A stretch of 64,000 nt of DNA, taken from contig DF237092.1 of the NCBI GenBank assembly GCA_000708835.1, forward strand, positions 85,365-149,364, read 5' to 3'. Shown here in pieces: positions 49,503-62,500 of the stretch. Position numbers and translations under genes: made by a program. This DNA is from Klebsormidium nitens (taxonomy: Eukaryota > Plantae > Klebsormidiophyceae). Below the pieces are notes generated by a model. The model saw only the letters and a program-made list of their open reading frames with translations, was not told the origin of the DNA and did no database searches. Numbering within the stretch: the stretch's first letter is position 1; every line of letters begins with the position of its first letter.

Positions 49503-52500
49503 CTAGCTACTAGGCAAATTCAGCCGCTCAGCGCCCTCGGTAATCCTGGCTGATTGGATTACGTCGCCGGTTTTGAACTGGGACAACAACTCGATCCCTT
49601 TAGTGATGTACCTGCACACAGTCGAGCACGGCTACGATATCCTACGGAAAACAATGGATAAAACCATAAGGCCATCAATCAATGCGTTGCCAACCAGATC
49701 CTTAGGTCAACACAGCACATCTTCTTGACCGTGTCCTACAAAATGTGGTGTTAGATCGAACTAGCGCCGCGTCCAATCAGTATCTCCTAACGAGCTCGAG
49801 TGCGCAAAATTGACATCTCATATAACTTCGTACGCCCCAAACGACGACGTCAAACAAGACGCGGCTTTGTGAAAAGCGACAAGCTCGACAAATGCATAAG
49901 GGCGTCTCACCCAAACACCGAAAATTGACCCTCGTCAAAGGAGAGGCCTCCAAGCCCAGCCTGCAACGTGAGTCAGAGAGTGTTCAGCACTTCGAATTCC
50001 TCGAAGCTTTTAAGGAGGGCGTACTAGGACCCATAACGCCTGACGTCAAAAGCGGCATCACAGTACAGGTCTCAGGCTCATCGTCGCTGCGGAACACGTC
50101 AGCAGCGGAACACGTCAGCAGATTTTGTCGCAGCGACCACAACAATAGAATTGGCACTGATCGTGTCTCTGCAATTCGCGGCGACCTGACGCCCTTTTAA
50201 TTTCGACTAACGACTTCCTGCGGGTTGCTTTCCGCTTGAGCTTGTGGTTTCAGAAGATCTCATCGAGGGTCGAGAAATCGGTCAGGTCATGGACCGAGCA
50301 GGAATGAAGGTTTTTGTGTCGTTTTGCAAAGATGCGCCAACGACTGCATCTCAGGATTCTGTGGTCTTAAGAAAACGGCAAAACTATGGTCTTAATTCGC
50401 AAAAAAGCCACCCGGGCGCCTAAATCTCGTTCCGCTCTAGTTTACCCCAGCCCTGATCGCGCTGAGCCGACTTTGGACTCGGTCCGCGTGTCCAAAGAAC
50501 TCATGGCAGACATGTTGGAGCAACATACTACACGTGAGCCAGAAACGGCTGCTCGCCGAGCCAGTATCCGGATGCTTCTCCACTCCTCACTACGGTTTCA
50601 AAGAAGCACTCCGCACCACAGGTCTGAATTGGCGTCTCGTCACTACGGGTTCAACAGACGCAAAAGGCCCTGTAGACGTGGCATTTGTACTCACGAATTT
50701 CCGATCGTAAAGGTAGAAGAACATCTGGGACGCGCTGGACAGGGCCTCCGAGCTGGGGTCGTGGGCTGCGACGACCGCGCCGTACACCGAGATGGGCAGG
50801 ATGGGAATCTCGCCGCCCTAGTTCGAAGAGACGGAAAGGGAGGTTAGACTGTCCCCGCCCTAGTTTGAAGGGATGCAACACGAGGTTGGGATCTCCCCGC
50901 CCTGATGTGAAGGCTTGCGACAAGAAGTTAGGACTTCCCCGCCCTAGTTTGTTGAAGGATGCAAAACGACGAAAGCGCTGAAGCTTCGAGGAAGGTGCTG
51001 GTTTTGAGATGGGCGAAGTCGAAACTGCGCCACCCTAATCGGAAGAAGATGCAAAACGGTTAAGCTGATGGGAGGCTTAAGAAGATGTTGATTGCGTGAG
51101 CAGATGCTTTGGGTCCGCCGCTTGATAATGGGGCATGCACATGCCGTACTGATCGGCGCTCCACGCTGAAATTGCTCTGGACTCTCCGTCGGTTTAAATG
51201 GCGTCGCAAGAGGGTGGCTGCAACGCGATGACGTCAGAGAGCAAGGAGCAGATGCAAAATCTCATTAACAGTGTTGACAAAAGTCACGAAGAGGGTCTGT
51301 GAAAGACCCTGCACGGTGCAGAAGGTTGCTGTAAGCTGAACGCCTCGAACCATGTTGGGGAAAGCCACGCTCCGCAATTCTGCTGTCGCTGAACGAGTGC
51401 ATTCAACCACCGGATCTCGAAACGCTCAACCCTTTAATGGCAGGTATCTCTTTCCAATATAAAGTCATCCGGAACAGATCGAAATTCATTCGGCTGACAG
51501 CTCGTTCAGTGGTCCTTTGGGCTCGTCGTAGACAGTTCCTTCCGACGGAAGCCGGGTATTTGGTCGAAAGAACCAGAAAAGAGGTTAACTTAAACTGAGG
51601 CGGTAACCGCTCTCACCTGCACGTCTACTTGCGTCCTGTACTCCGGCTCAAACTCCCCCGCCACCTTGATCTCTAGCGGCAGCACCCGCCCCTGAGCCGC
51701 GGGAATGTCGCCCTTGGTGATGATCGACTGCTGGCCCGCTATGAGCTGGACGCCGTCAAACGCTTGCCGGGAGATCTGCAGAACAAATAAGAAGCAATAC
51801 AAATCTAGAACAGGAACATGCTACGGAAAAGAAAGAAAGCAAGATGAGCTCATGAGAAAGCGGAATTGTAATCCAGCTACAATCAGCAGATATAGCAGGC
51901 TGATGTTAAGCGGACTCGGGTTTAAGACCAGATTCGTGGCAACAATAACGGTTGTAGTGCCGCGTTGCGTTGAGAAGGAGAGTAGACGGCTCAACGGTCA
52001 ACTCGTTTGATTTCACATGCACTTGATGGACGCTCACGAATCAAGTAAGCCCAGCTTTGCGGACTTTGGGAAAAGTAGTCCGCTGCGAAACAGGTCCCTT
52101 GACAACACAAGTCATTGGTGTGGTCAGACTGATGCGGCAGGCCCCGTGATACTTGCACCCTCGGGGACCCAAAAGGAGCAAGAATTCCCCGGTCAAATCA
52201 GAATCGTAACGCCATGATCGGAATCGGGTCCAAAGTGCCCAGTCATTCTCTTCCAACGCCTGGGTGCTTCGGTGTGAGTCCACTGACTCACCAGATCCGC
52301 AAAATTCCCGGCTGTGATGGGCGCCGAGTATCCGTCCAGCACTAGTTCAAGCGTCGCTGTGTCTTTGGCGCCACCTCCCGCTTTCAGCACGAACTTGTCT
52401 CCGCCCTTGCGGGCAATCTCTAACGCTACCGTGGCCCTACCGTTCAATCTGCGCAGGAGAAAGCGCCGATTTTGCATGACACCTGAAACGCCCCCCATAC

Positions 52501-55500
52501 GTCGTGAGATCAGGTAGTTGCTCACGGCATTCTCTTACTTGCCCCTTTTTTAAACAGAGAACCAGCCGACTTGTCTGATGATACGTTTTGTTCGCCGGAC
52601 TTACATCAAAGTCCTGTCTGAACTTCATGGTTTGGATACGGTCCGAACTGGTTCAACAGGTTTATTGGTCGTCATTACAGGTTTGATGCCAAGGTTATTT
52701 GCAAGGTTCCCCTGATAGATTGCTTTGTAGAAAGGTTGATAAGAAACTTGGATGGATTCTTCGATGGCCCTGCAGAAAAGGACGCTCAAAAGGCACCCTG
52801 TCGTTCAGCTCTGAGCAGCTAGTAACGCTTGCTCGAGACCGCGGCAGCACTTTCTGTGAGCATACAAAGAATCCTACAGCGAACAGAGTTAACGCGAAAG
52901 TGATATTCCCCCTCCGATATGTCTGTCTGCCAGGGTTTCGCCAGGTGGCTGACCTCGGAATGTTGCTGTACTGCCACGTGTCTCGCCTGGAGAGATTTAC
53001 TACTGCACACGTGTCATACAATTTAGGTGCCACGTGGTTTACCTGGGAAGGTTGCTGTATTGCGCTGGGACCGTGAAAGGCAGCGCCGGCGCCTGTAGCA
53101 GCTCAAGTTGCGCGAGGTTGTTCAGCACCGCTTGGATGCGCACTGAAGCCACGTCAGCATCCTGGGCGTCGATGGCCTCCAAGAGACCCTTGTAGCTCGT
53201 CTGTAGGGGAAGAGCACTTTCAGTAGGATGCTACCTCGAAGCATCCTTGAGAAATTTGTTTCGCGGCTATGGATTGTTACAAAAGCCGCGAATGAGAGTC
53301 GCTCAAGTGGGCACAATTGCCTTGATTGTAATCCAACTTTGTTTATGGCAAACCTTGAGCGGTTGCACACCCAATGACAGCCACCAATTTCGAACTTTCA
53401 TTATGCACGGCGCCAAGCTTCTTCTAACTCAGGAAATCCGGACTGGGTACTTTATGAAAGAAGTGAAAGGCTATGGAAGTCAGGAAACTGGTAAATGGAT
53501 GAAAGAGGCATCAACAAGATCCTTGGTTGACATAAGAAGAGATAGCTGTGCAAACGATTTTCGCATATTCAACTCTTAAAAGATCAATTGAAGTCCTCAG
53601 TGCCGATATCTACCACGAGCACTTTTCCATCTATGCAGAGCTGGCTCTTGTAGGCAGAAGTCAAAACGAACTTCGTTAAATTGCATGCAAAGTAGTCAAA
53701 GACGTGCTTTCGACTCAATCCCAGAGTATACTTCCATAAGGCGCTAAGCAACGACCTCGAAGCTGGTAGCTTCATGTGAATCACCGCCTCGAAGCTACTT
53801 CAGGGGTGTGCTCGTGCTTTCTAAACTTAACCAGGATTGAAATGAGTTGGGAGATAGAGCACATTCTGGAGCACCGCCACATCATTTACACTGTTACACT
53901 TTGAGTTTGAATCCGACTTTTCCACCAGCCCTGTCTTTAAGACATAGGCTCAACTACAACTCCCACCAAAGCTAATCCCTGGTTGCACTCCGGTCCCTAA
54001 GAAGTCCGAGTTTCTCAAAATCAGCACTTTTCCATAACCTGGCACGGTAAGTTGTGAAGCTGCCCGAAATTCCATCTAGCGCTTGAAGCTCTACGGATCT
54101 GCGCTGCGGGTCCAAATCTACTCAGCGTAAAAGGATGCGCGTACACTCACCCTGCCCTCTATTAGGCTGGCATAGATACCCTCGGCCTGCTGTCGAAACT
54201 GCGGCCCCACAGCGTTCAGAATGGCGTCCTTGCTTTTGGTTGCAATCTGCAGCACAAGAAGGAAGTCCCCTTTCACTGGAAGATTGCTGGTCACGCCACC
54301 AGAGAGACTCTAATTCTGGGACCCCACTGAAGATTTTGGTGTTGGACGACCCCAAGCTATAGAAGAGAGCAAGCCTGGCTGGAATGTCAAAGCCTCGAGA
54401 CCTGAGCAGTTGCACTAATTGAAGTGTCAAGGGCAAGCTCAAAGCTGATCACAAATAGCTGGCACAGGATCCCATTTGCGAGGGACCCAGGTGCAAAGAT
54501 GAGCAAGAGACAAATTCGCGCACCGCCTGGCGAACGGCCGTTTCCAAGCTTCTCAGAAAGTTAGTAACAAAGCGAACCAGGGGTAGCATATTGGGTGCCA
54601 GCATGTCGATCACAAAGCCTAAACGAGGCAACGGAGCTTTTGAGTTCACGGTGGAAGAAAAGGAAGAAGCGGTTACCTCTAGCGCCTCCTTTGTGTTTTT
54701 GGCCATGCTGCCGTAGGGCTTCCTCTGTGGGATCCGAAGAAGGTAGGACAGCTCTTCGATCAACTCCTGCAAAGGAAGCACCAGCAATCTTCTAAAAAAC
54801 TGGATCAACTCTCGTTACTTTGCAAGGCATGCCCTTGGGATACATACTTGTCAAGAGGTGCGCTTCTATCACTCTTTAGCACAACCGCCGATGAGTCAGG
54901 CTATCAGTGTTGGAGACTGCTGGATGAGAACGATGCTTTTTAGGCCCTTGTGCATGAGGTACATTGTCCGGATATCGACGCCAGGATGCCTAGCGTACTC
55001 CAGTGATTTTGATCAACTATGCAATAATCACGTCAATCTCTCACAAGCTTTGCTGAAGGTGTCAGGGACGCATTACATGCTTCGAGGGCCTTCCACCACC
55101 CTCAAAGTAAACGTGTTGATGGACTTAGAAAGAAGATGGCCCACATGGCGTAAGCAAGCCAGGTCCAAGTATGATAGAAGCTAGTGAAGAGGTTCCAATC
55201 TAAATGACTGCATGGGGATTCAGAGCCTACCAATCCTTCACAGCTCGTCCGCCTCGACTTGTGGTGATGCTAGACGTCTTGGTTGACGATGATGAGAATC
55301 CGTTCTACTTTTGATCGTTACAGAAGGGTGCGGTGCTCTGGAGGTCCACTTGCAGGCTGCTTTGGCCGCGTAATTGGATGTTTGATACGTGCATTGGTGG
55401 TACATCAGATGATCAATGGTCCTGAACCAAGCTAGATAGCCTAGCTGCTGGACTCCCTGCACTTCAATCCGTACACTCAGTATCCTGTTTTTCACTTTTC

Positions 55501-56011
55501 TGATATGCTAACTCACCTGCATTTTCTTCGTCTCAACATTCAGAGCAGGAATTGCTCGTCGCAGGGCGACATCACCCGCTTTCGGGATTCTCGTGTTCGG
55601 GTTCGTCAGCACCGCCTCTGCCACTGGCACACTCCCTCCAAACACATCCACCGGCGTCATAGGCGCCACGCTTTGAAGCACCGCCAGAACTAGAGCGGCC
55701 ACTTTGCCTTTCGCCCAACTTCCGGCTGGCGCCACATTCTGTTCACGCTTGATCAAAGGCGACTCACTGTTAGCAGCATTTCTGTGCGTGTCGCTGGATT
55801 TCAACGACATTTCAACGACGCCAGGTTTGCATGAACTACTGTGCCACCGTACATTGCCTGCATGATGCTGCAATTGATGAGGAACACGCTTCCCAAATGT
55901 GCCACCATTTGAAGCGCTCTGCAAGGGATTCCGGCGCCGCTCTGTCTTCCCTGCCCTTGCCCTGATGCATGACAAGCAGGCCCCCTCCCGCACCAACACG
56001 GCAGACGCCAT
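49503..56011 (-). CDS. CYP37: Thylakoid-lumen cyclophilin-type peptidyl-prolyl isomerase, CYP37 orthologue (~478 aa)
   Basis: Exons 56011-55517, 54766-54677, 54246-54151, 53200-53043, 52448-52292, 51775-51617, 50817-50695, 49960-49911, 49611-49503 (TAG), phases consistent. Diagnostic segments: RIPKAGDVALRRAIP, ELSYLLRIPQRKPYG, LDGYSAPITAGNF, LPISVYGAVVAAH, FFYLYD, GLGGLSFDEGQFSVFGY. The N-terminus looks like a transit peptide. The start could be 56062 instead of 56011. Confidence 0.92.
50818..51052 (-). repeat. Tandem degenerate copies of the CYP37 exon-7 acceptor junction
   Basis: Plus-strand cgccgccctagttcgaagag (true junction) recurs as ccccgccctagtttgaaggg (50853), ccccgccctgatgtgaagg (50895), ccccgccctagtttgttgaagg (50937) and gcgccaccctaatcggaagaag (51027). 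Confidence 0.8.
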
Positions 56012-56513
56012 TGCTTCTTGCCCCGTGCTTTCAATCCATGCAACCAACAATTGCCCGTCCACCCCTTGTCTGAGTTATTCTTGCTGCTTAGAGTCAGACA
56101 GTTTGTCCGACAAGACGACCATCATCCTCTAACACCTATAAGCAAGAAGTCTGTCATCGAAATATGAGCGACCTATTATTCTTATATCCAATACCCACAT
56201 ATGTCAGGAAACTTTTGACAGATTTGTAACAAATGCAAGGAGCAAGCGCGTATTCCTGGCTTATTCCCAAGAGCGTATACCAACTTCAAGTCGTGTCATA
56301 CAACGGTTTCCTTCCGCTCGATCTTCCAGACTTGTCTCCGGGCTTTCGGTCCCTGCCAAACGAGAACTACAGTACATCGTGGGTTGCGGGTGAGCTTTTG
56401 CCGGGCTCGCGCCTCTTTCCTCTTCCTCTTTCGCCAGGCGTTGGCTGCACACGCCGGGCTGGGTACGCAGGGAGGGCTTGCAGCTTGCCAGGCGTTGACC
56501 GTGGTCAGCCATC
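56012..56513. promoter_or_regulatory. Short shared upstream region of divergent CYP37 and RPS3a, with a TOP/TCT-like pyrimidine tract at 56412-56432
   Basis: ATGs are ~500 bp apart on opposite strands. CCTCTTTCCTCTTCCTCTTTC lies ~80-100 nt upstream of the RPS3a ATG. Confidence 0.55.
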
Positions 56514-59500
56514 ATGGCGGTCGGGTAAGAGATCCTCCTTGGCCGGGTCGTTTTGCGGTCCAGTTACGGTACTCGCTCAAATTTGAGGATGGGCGCTGAA
56601 CTTGAAAGAGGTTTATATGCCGGCGTGGATGGGAGTGGTTTGAGCAAGGGCAGGGATGCAATACTAGAGGGGATGCTGATGAAGGGATTTCTGATATTTG
56701 AAAGTAGTCTGAGACAAGAGGGGAGGGGGCGTATGCAAGGAAGTGTTGAAGTTGCAGCTAGCGCTAAGAACGTTCATCTGTGTTGCGTTGCTGATTGTAG
56801 GCCCGCAATACGGATGCTCAGTTCAGGATTTCTTGCTAAGCCGGGCCCGAAAGCAGTACTGATTGTGGGACTTTCTACGTGTGCAGCAAGAACAAGCGCA
56901 TCTCAAAGGGGAAGAAGGGTGGCAAGAAGAAAGTGTGAGTATCTAGCTTTCCTCTACTCATGCCGATTGTACAACTAGGGATCTGTTTTCAAAGCGTGCC
57001 AGTTAGATTGTCAAAGGCGGGTTGCTCTGTCCGGTGCTGTCAACCATTACCATTTCTAATCAGCCATGTATAGTTCATGGAGTAGGCTGCAACACCGGGC
57101 TTTGTGGGGCGAAGACTCTGCGAAATGCAGTGTTGGTCAACCATTACCATGACCAGTCAGTTTGTAGGCAGTCAGTCTGTTGGCAGTTGATTGAACAGGT
57201 GCATAGAGGCCGTTACCATCTTGATGGGAATGGTTGAGCAATGCAATGGAGGGCCCTACGGCATGAAGCGACCGGTCTGCAGCAGTCGTACAGCAGCAGG
57301 TTCCGGTCTTTCTTGTAGCATGTCCATAGGATGTGGTAGAGGTTCCTCGGGAGACGACAGTATAGCAGCGTCGGCGGGGAAGTTGATGAGGATTATCTAG
57401 CCACAGCAATTGGCAGCATCAGCAGAAGCGCTCTGAGTCAAGAAAGCGTGCAAGCTTTCTCAGGTCTGGAGTGAAAGCTGGTAGTGCCAAGCTCCTGCAC
57501 ATCTTGCTCCCCGTCTGCATCGGGATATTTTCCATCGAACCAGACTGCAAAGATGCATCTGGGGCTGTAAGGCTGTCAGATGGTGCAGCTGGATGTTGCC
57601 GTCCGGAAGTACCTCAGAAAGTCAGCTTTATTCCAGGATAGGAAAGCCTTCTGACACCTTATTCTCGGCTCAAGTAGCTTGGGTTTTCTGGCCCCATACA
57701 AGCCCGGAAACTGCGCATTCGCATAGGCAGCCTGAAGCGGGGCTGTGACAGCATCAGTTGGGGTTGGTTGGGGCGTCTTCCAGGCGCTTCTTAGGCACAG
57801 AGACTCTAGCGACCAGCGAATGTTTCTCTCTTCTATATCTGCGCCTTGGCTCTTAGACCGTTGTTTTGCTTGCAGCTCCGACCCCTTCGCCAAGAAGGAT
57901 TGGTATGACATCAAGGCGCCGTCCGTCTTCTCCCAGAGGAATGTTGGCAAGACCCTGGTGACGCGGACACAGGGAACAAAGGTGCGCTCCGCGTCCTTGG
58001 CCCTTGACTATTTGTGCAATTGCAAATGGTTCTGATCATGAGTTTCATGAGGGTTGAGCAAGAGCTGGATCAGCCAGCGAGCTGGTCTGGAGCGAGCATA
58101 CTTCCGTCATGGAATGAGGAATGATTCGTGTTTGGATGCAAAGCGTTACGCAAGAGCTGGCAGTACAAGCTACTCTGACCTCAATAAAGCGATCGCTTGC
58201 AGCAACGCTTTACATTCAAAACGAGCTACGAGCTTGTCTTAGACTCCCGTCTCTGCTCGCTTCATTTGAGCATCATCAAGGAAGGACTTGGGGGGCTTGT
58301 ATCGTCAGCAGGTTTTTTATCAAGCCATTTGTCGGGGTTAGGGGCCGCCGGCGTAGTTTCACTAGCACCCTAAGTACAACCTAGGTCGCATTTCGTATCA
58401 AATGCCCAATTGCTGTATGTTTGCAGATTGCTTCCGACGGGTTGAAGGGCCGGGTGTTTGAGGTGTCGCTGGCGGACCTGAACAACGATGAGGACCAGGC
58501 GTTCAGGAAGATGAAGCTGCGGGCGGAGGACGTGCAGGGCAAGAACGTGCTCACCAACTTCTACGTGAGCGCCGAACTCATGTTCACCAGCATTTTCTGA
58601 TTTTCTTAAATCTCAAAAGTGGTTTGCTGATGCTAAGCAACTCCCCGAATCCAACGCTATTATCAATGTTCAAAGGTGGTTTGCTGGTGCCAAGCAACTC
58701 CCTGAAGAACACCCAGTTGTCAGTTCCAGATTGGTTTGTAAGCATTGACCTAATGATTAAGTTGTTATCCCACCCCGAAAGCACCATTGGGCACAGGGGG
58801 CATGCAATTGCAAGCGGTGAATCGATCTTTCTTTTGGGGTTCAGTCTTTCATATGGAAGCTTGCTGAGGTTTGCTGGCCGGATGATCAGTCCAGGATTGT
58901 TGGGTACTGCAGCTTGGGGGCAGAGCAGAGCTGGCTATCACGGCAACATATGCATTGCAACCAACTGCACTAGCTTTGCACCTCAAGGTCCTGCTGATTC
59001 TTAGCTTTTTGACTCCGACCAGAACTAGAATAAGAGATATTTCCCCTGGTTGAAAGTCTGTGCTTGTAGACAAGCCCCGCTGCAGAGCGCTATGACATTA
59101 GTTATTTGAACAGGATGGATATTCGCCACTTTGGCACCAATCTCAAGCGCACTTTCACAATATTCGTCTGTTGAAAGCCGTCGAATAGTTGTCCTCTCTG
59201 ACAGCCTTAAACTTCACGATAAACGGGACCACCGTTCTTTCCCCTTGAGGTTCACTTCGAATAAAGCAAGGCAGTCAAGAAGAACTTCTGGACTGACATC
59301 TTCCATTGTGTTTTCTCAGGGCATGGACTTCACGACCGACAAGCTGCGGTCGCTGGTGCGCAAGTGGCAGAGCCTCATTGAGGCGAACGTGGACGTGAAG
59401 ACGACCGACAACTACACGCTGCGTGTGTTTGCCATTGCCTTCACCAAGAAGCGCCAGAACCAGATCAAGCGGACGTGCTACGCGCAGACCGCCCAGATTA

Positions 59501-62500
59501 GACAGGTGAGACGCGCAAAATATTGGTCAGAAGTTCGTTTTGAGACATTTTGCCTTGCTTGTTGTCCTCTCCCTACTTCACCTCCCTACTTTTGGAAGAG
59601 AAGGGCAATGGGGGGTATGCATGCTTTAGTGCTTGGATATCATTCTAGCAGAGAACTGAGGTGTGTCGTCTTGAAAGTCCCTGATGATGACGGTCCAGGC
59701 CCGTTGACAAGACTGTCAACGGCAGTTGCAACGCAGAGGGGCGTTGGTGAGATGCAAGTTGCATATCACGCCAGATACATATGCAGTGCGCCTTCAATTT
59801 CTTCAAGTCGCTGTATGCAGAACTGTTACGCAAATCCATTTTTCGTTGTGTGCATCCTGGATTAGTTGGTTCTGTCTTGAAGAGAGAGGTCCTCTACTAA
59901 TGGTTTCCGAAACAAGTCTTGCTCGTGTGAGCCCGCCCACCATTGAAACGAAAACGACGGCTAAATGTGAGCCGCTGTGTTTGTCATCGAAGTCGAAGTG
60001 ATACTATCTTGTTAACGACCCATCAAGGTATTCAAAGGCTTTGAATCTTCCGGGGCTTACTGGATGGGTTTTCTTTTAAGTGAGTGCTCTGGTTGATAAG
60101 ACACTTTTCTCGAAGTTTTTGTTGGACTTCCGTTCTTATGCTGGAGGTGTTTCTCTGTTCATGAGGCGGATGTATGCGTTTCCTTTTGCAGTCAACTCGG
60201 GTGGAGGGTTTTTTAGATCTTATGTTCCATGTATTTTCCGTATTGGATCGTTGTGCCCTCCCTTGACCCGTATCTGACTTTTCACCGCTTTCTTGGGGTG
60301 GGACGAAAGAAGTGGAAAAAGTAGAGCTTTTGCTGATGCGACTCTGCTTCGTTGCAGTCGGTCATTGCAGCTCCTGCTTTACTCCCGCGTGACGAGGCAC
60401 ATGGACTGGCTGAGAGCCAGCTCTCGTTGTTTGGTCTGTTGCAAGAGGGGCTCTTTCAATATGCATCTTTTTCGGTCGAAAGGGTGCACACAAAGGGTTG
60501 GCGCCTCCGTCTGGGTCTAGTTTCTAAGACAAGCAAGACAACACTCTGTTGGCAGCAGGGGGCCTAACAAGCCCCTGCATGTGGCCCGACAATTTCAGTT
60601 CTTGCAACAGCATATCGAGGCTACTCACCTGCGCACAAGCTCCTTGATGCTGCGGGCCTTTCGCTATCGGCACATTTCAATCCTTTTCTTATTCTGACAA
60701 GGACACCAGATTTCGGACATTGGGTACCTTTGAAAGTATCTGCTCGCCCGATTTCCCAGTTTCTTGAACAGACGTTGCATTCATATCTTAAGACGTGTGT
60801 GAGTGTGATACGGATCCTAGAAAGAGGGCATCGCACCTTGTATCGTCTCGGACCCGTTCAAAACGTCCACCACCCTCGAATGTCTTGAAAAGGAGCTTGC
60901 TCGCTTTGGCTGATCTCAAACATGCCATCCACTTGCAGACGTCCGCAGCCCTCCATCCTGCCCCTGCGAGAACCTAGAGATGCAGATTGTAGTTGATATC
61001 TGAGCCGCTCACCTCCCGCCTAAGTGCTGACACTGGATTTGTTTCACAATTCTTCCTCCCCTTTGCACAGATCCGCAAGAAGAGGTGGAGTTCATGACGC
61101 AAGAAACGCCAGTTTTTTCCTCGTTCTGGATTGGGAACTTCACATTTCGTTCCCTCTACGCGCAGATTCGCAAGCCGAACTTGGAAATCATCACGCGAGA
61201 ATGCAGTCTCCTGATGGTCCGGCACCTCAGATCCTCATAAATCCCCCCCCCTTCGCTGCACAGATCCGCAAGAAGATGGTGGAGATCATCACGCGGGAGA
61301 CGCAGAGCTGCGACCTGAAGGAGCTGGTCCAGAAGTTCATCCCCGAGGTGATTGGCAAGGAGATCGAGAAGGCGACCGCCGGCATCTACCCCCTGCAGAA
61401 CACGTTCATCCGCAAGGTCAAGATCCTCAAGTCGCCCAAGTTCGACCTGGGCAAGCTCATGGAGGTGAGGCTTCTTTCGCGGCGGTTTGTTCTCGGTGCT
61501 TTGCTTTCGTGATCCTCCGGGGGTTGGGGAGAGGGGTATAGTGAAGTTGTGATTCTCAAGTCGCCCAAGTTCGACCTGGGCAAGCTCATGGAGGTGAGGC
61601 TCTTTTATTTCGGTGTCTAGCGCTTAGTCTTGGGTTTTTATGGGTTTTCCTTGGGGAGTGGAAGTGAAGTTGAGATTGTCAAGTTGAGACCGTCAAGTCG
61701 CCAGGTTCGACCCGGGCAAGCTCATGCAGGTGAGGTGTCTTTCCTTTCAGCGTTTTTGACTTTCTGCTTAGGGCACGTGGTTTGACGATTTAACAAACAA
61801 ACAATACGGCCAATTGTTGGAGTTGAGGCTCTCCTTGCGGGTGGGTAACAAGACCTTTGCTCTTTCATGCACGAGGTGAGGATCTTTGAAGGCACAAGAT
61901 AGTGGAGAGTCTTCGAGGGGGTTTGACCAGGGTCTTTGTCTATTTATTGCCTGATAAGATCGTTTGGAGATGGAGCAAGGACTGAGTGACAATCACAGAT
62001 ACAGTTTGAGTTGTTCTCTGTTTCGATCACTCTGCGGTGGGGTAGTTTGGGCACTCCTTGTCAAGCAGTCGTTCGCCTGCCCGTGGCGGGATGGCTGCCG
62101 CGGGGTGCCCACAGGAACGCGGGGCGAAGATGGTGGGCGGCAGCCTTTCAAACTGCCGCTTTACTATAAAGGCCGGCAACAGATCGTTCTTCCCGCCCCA
62201 ATCTTGTGAATTACGTTACTTCCCTCTTGTTGTCAGAGTGGTCTTTTGGGTGATACGCAACAGGACCGGGGCTCTTGGATGCGAGTTGGTTGTCAATCCG
62301 TGGAGTTGGCTCCAGCGTTTGCAGACGGCAACGTCCTCAGCGTGTTTGGTTCTGTAACACGAGGAAGTACGGTGCTCTAAGAGTTAGTAGAGCATTGTTT
62401 TCTAAACAGGGAGGTTCATTGCTGCTCGTCTGATGGGATTGTCTGCTTTTCAGGTTCACGGAGATTACTCGGAGGACACGGGGGCCAAGATCGACCGGCC

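Noticed and set aside
57385-57437. TTGATGA...CTGA C/D-like pair in RPS3a intron 2
   Set aside because: Non-canonical box C and no convincing closing stem.
59131-59865. 244-aa plus-strand ORF, the longest in the track
   Set aside because: It is RPS3a exon 5 with in-frame read-through into the flanking introns.
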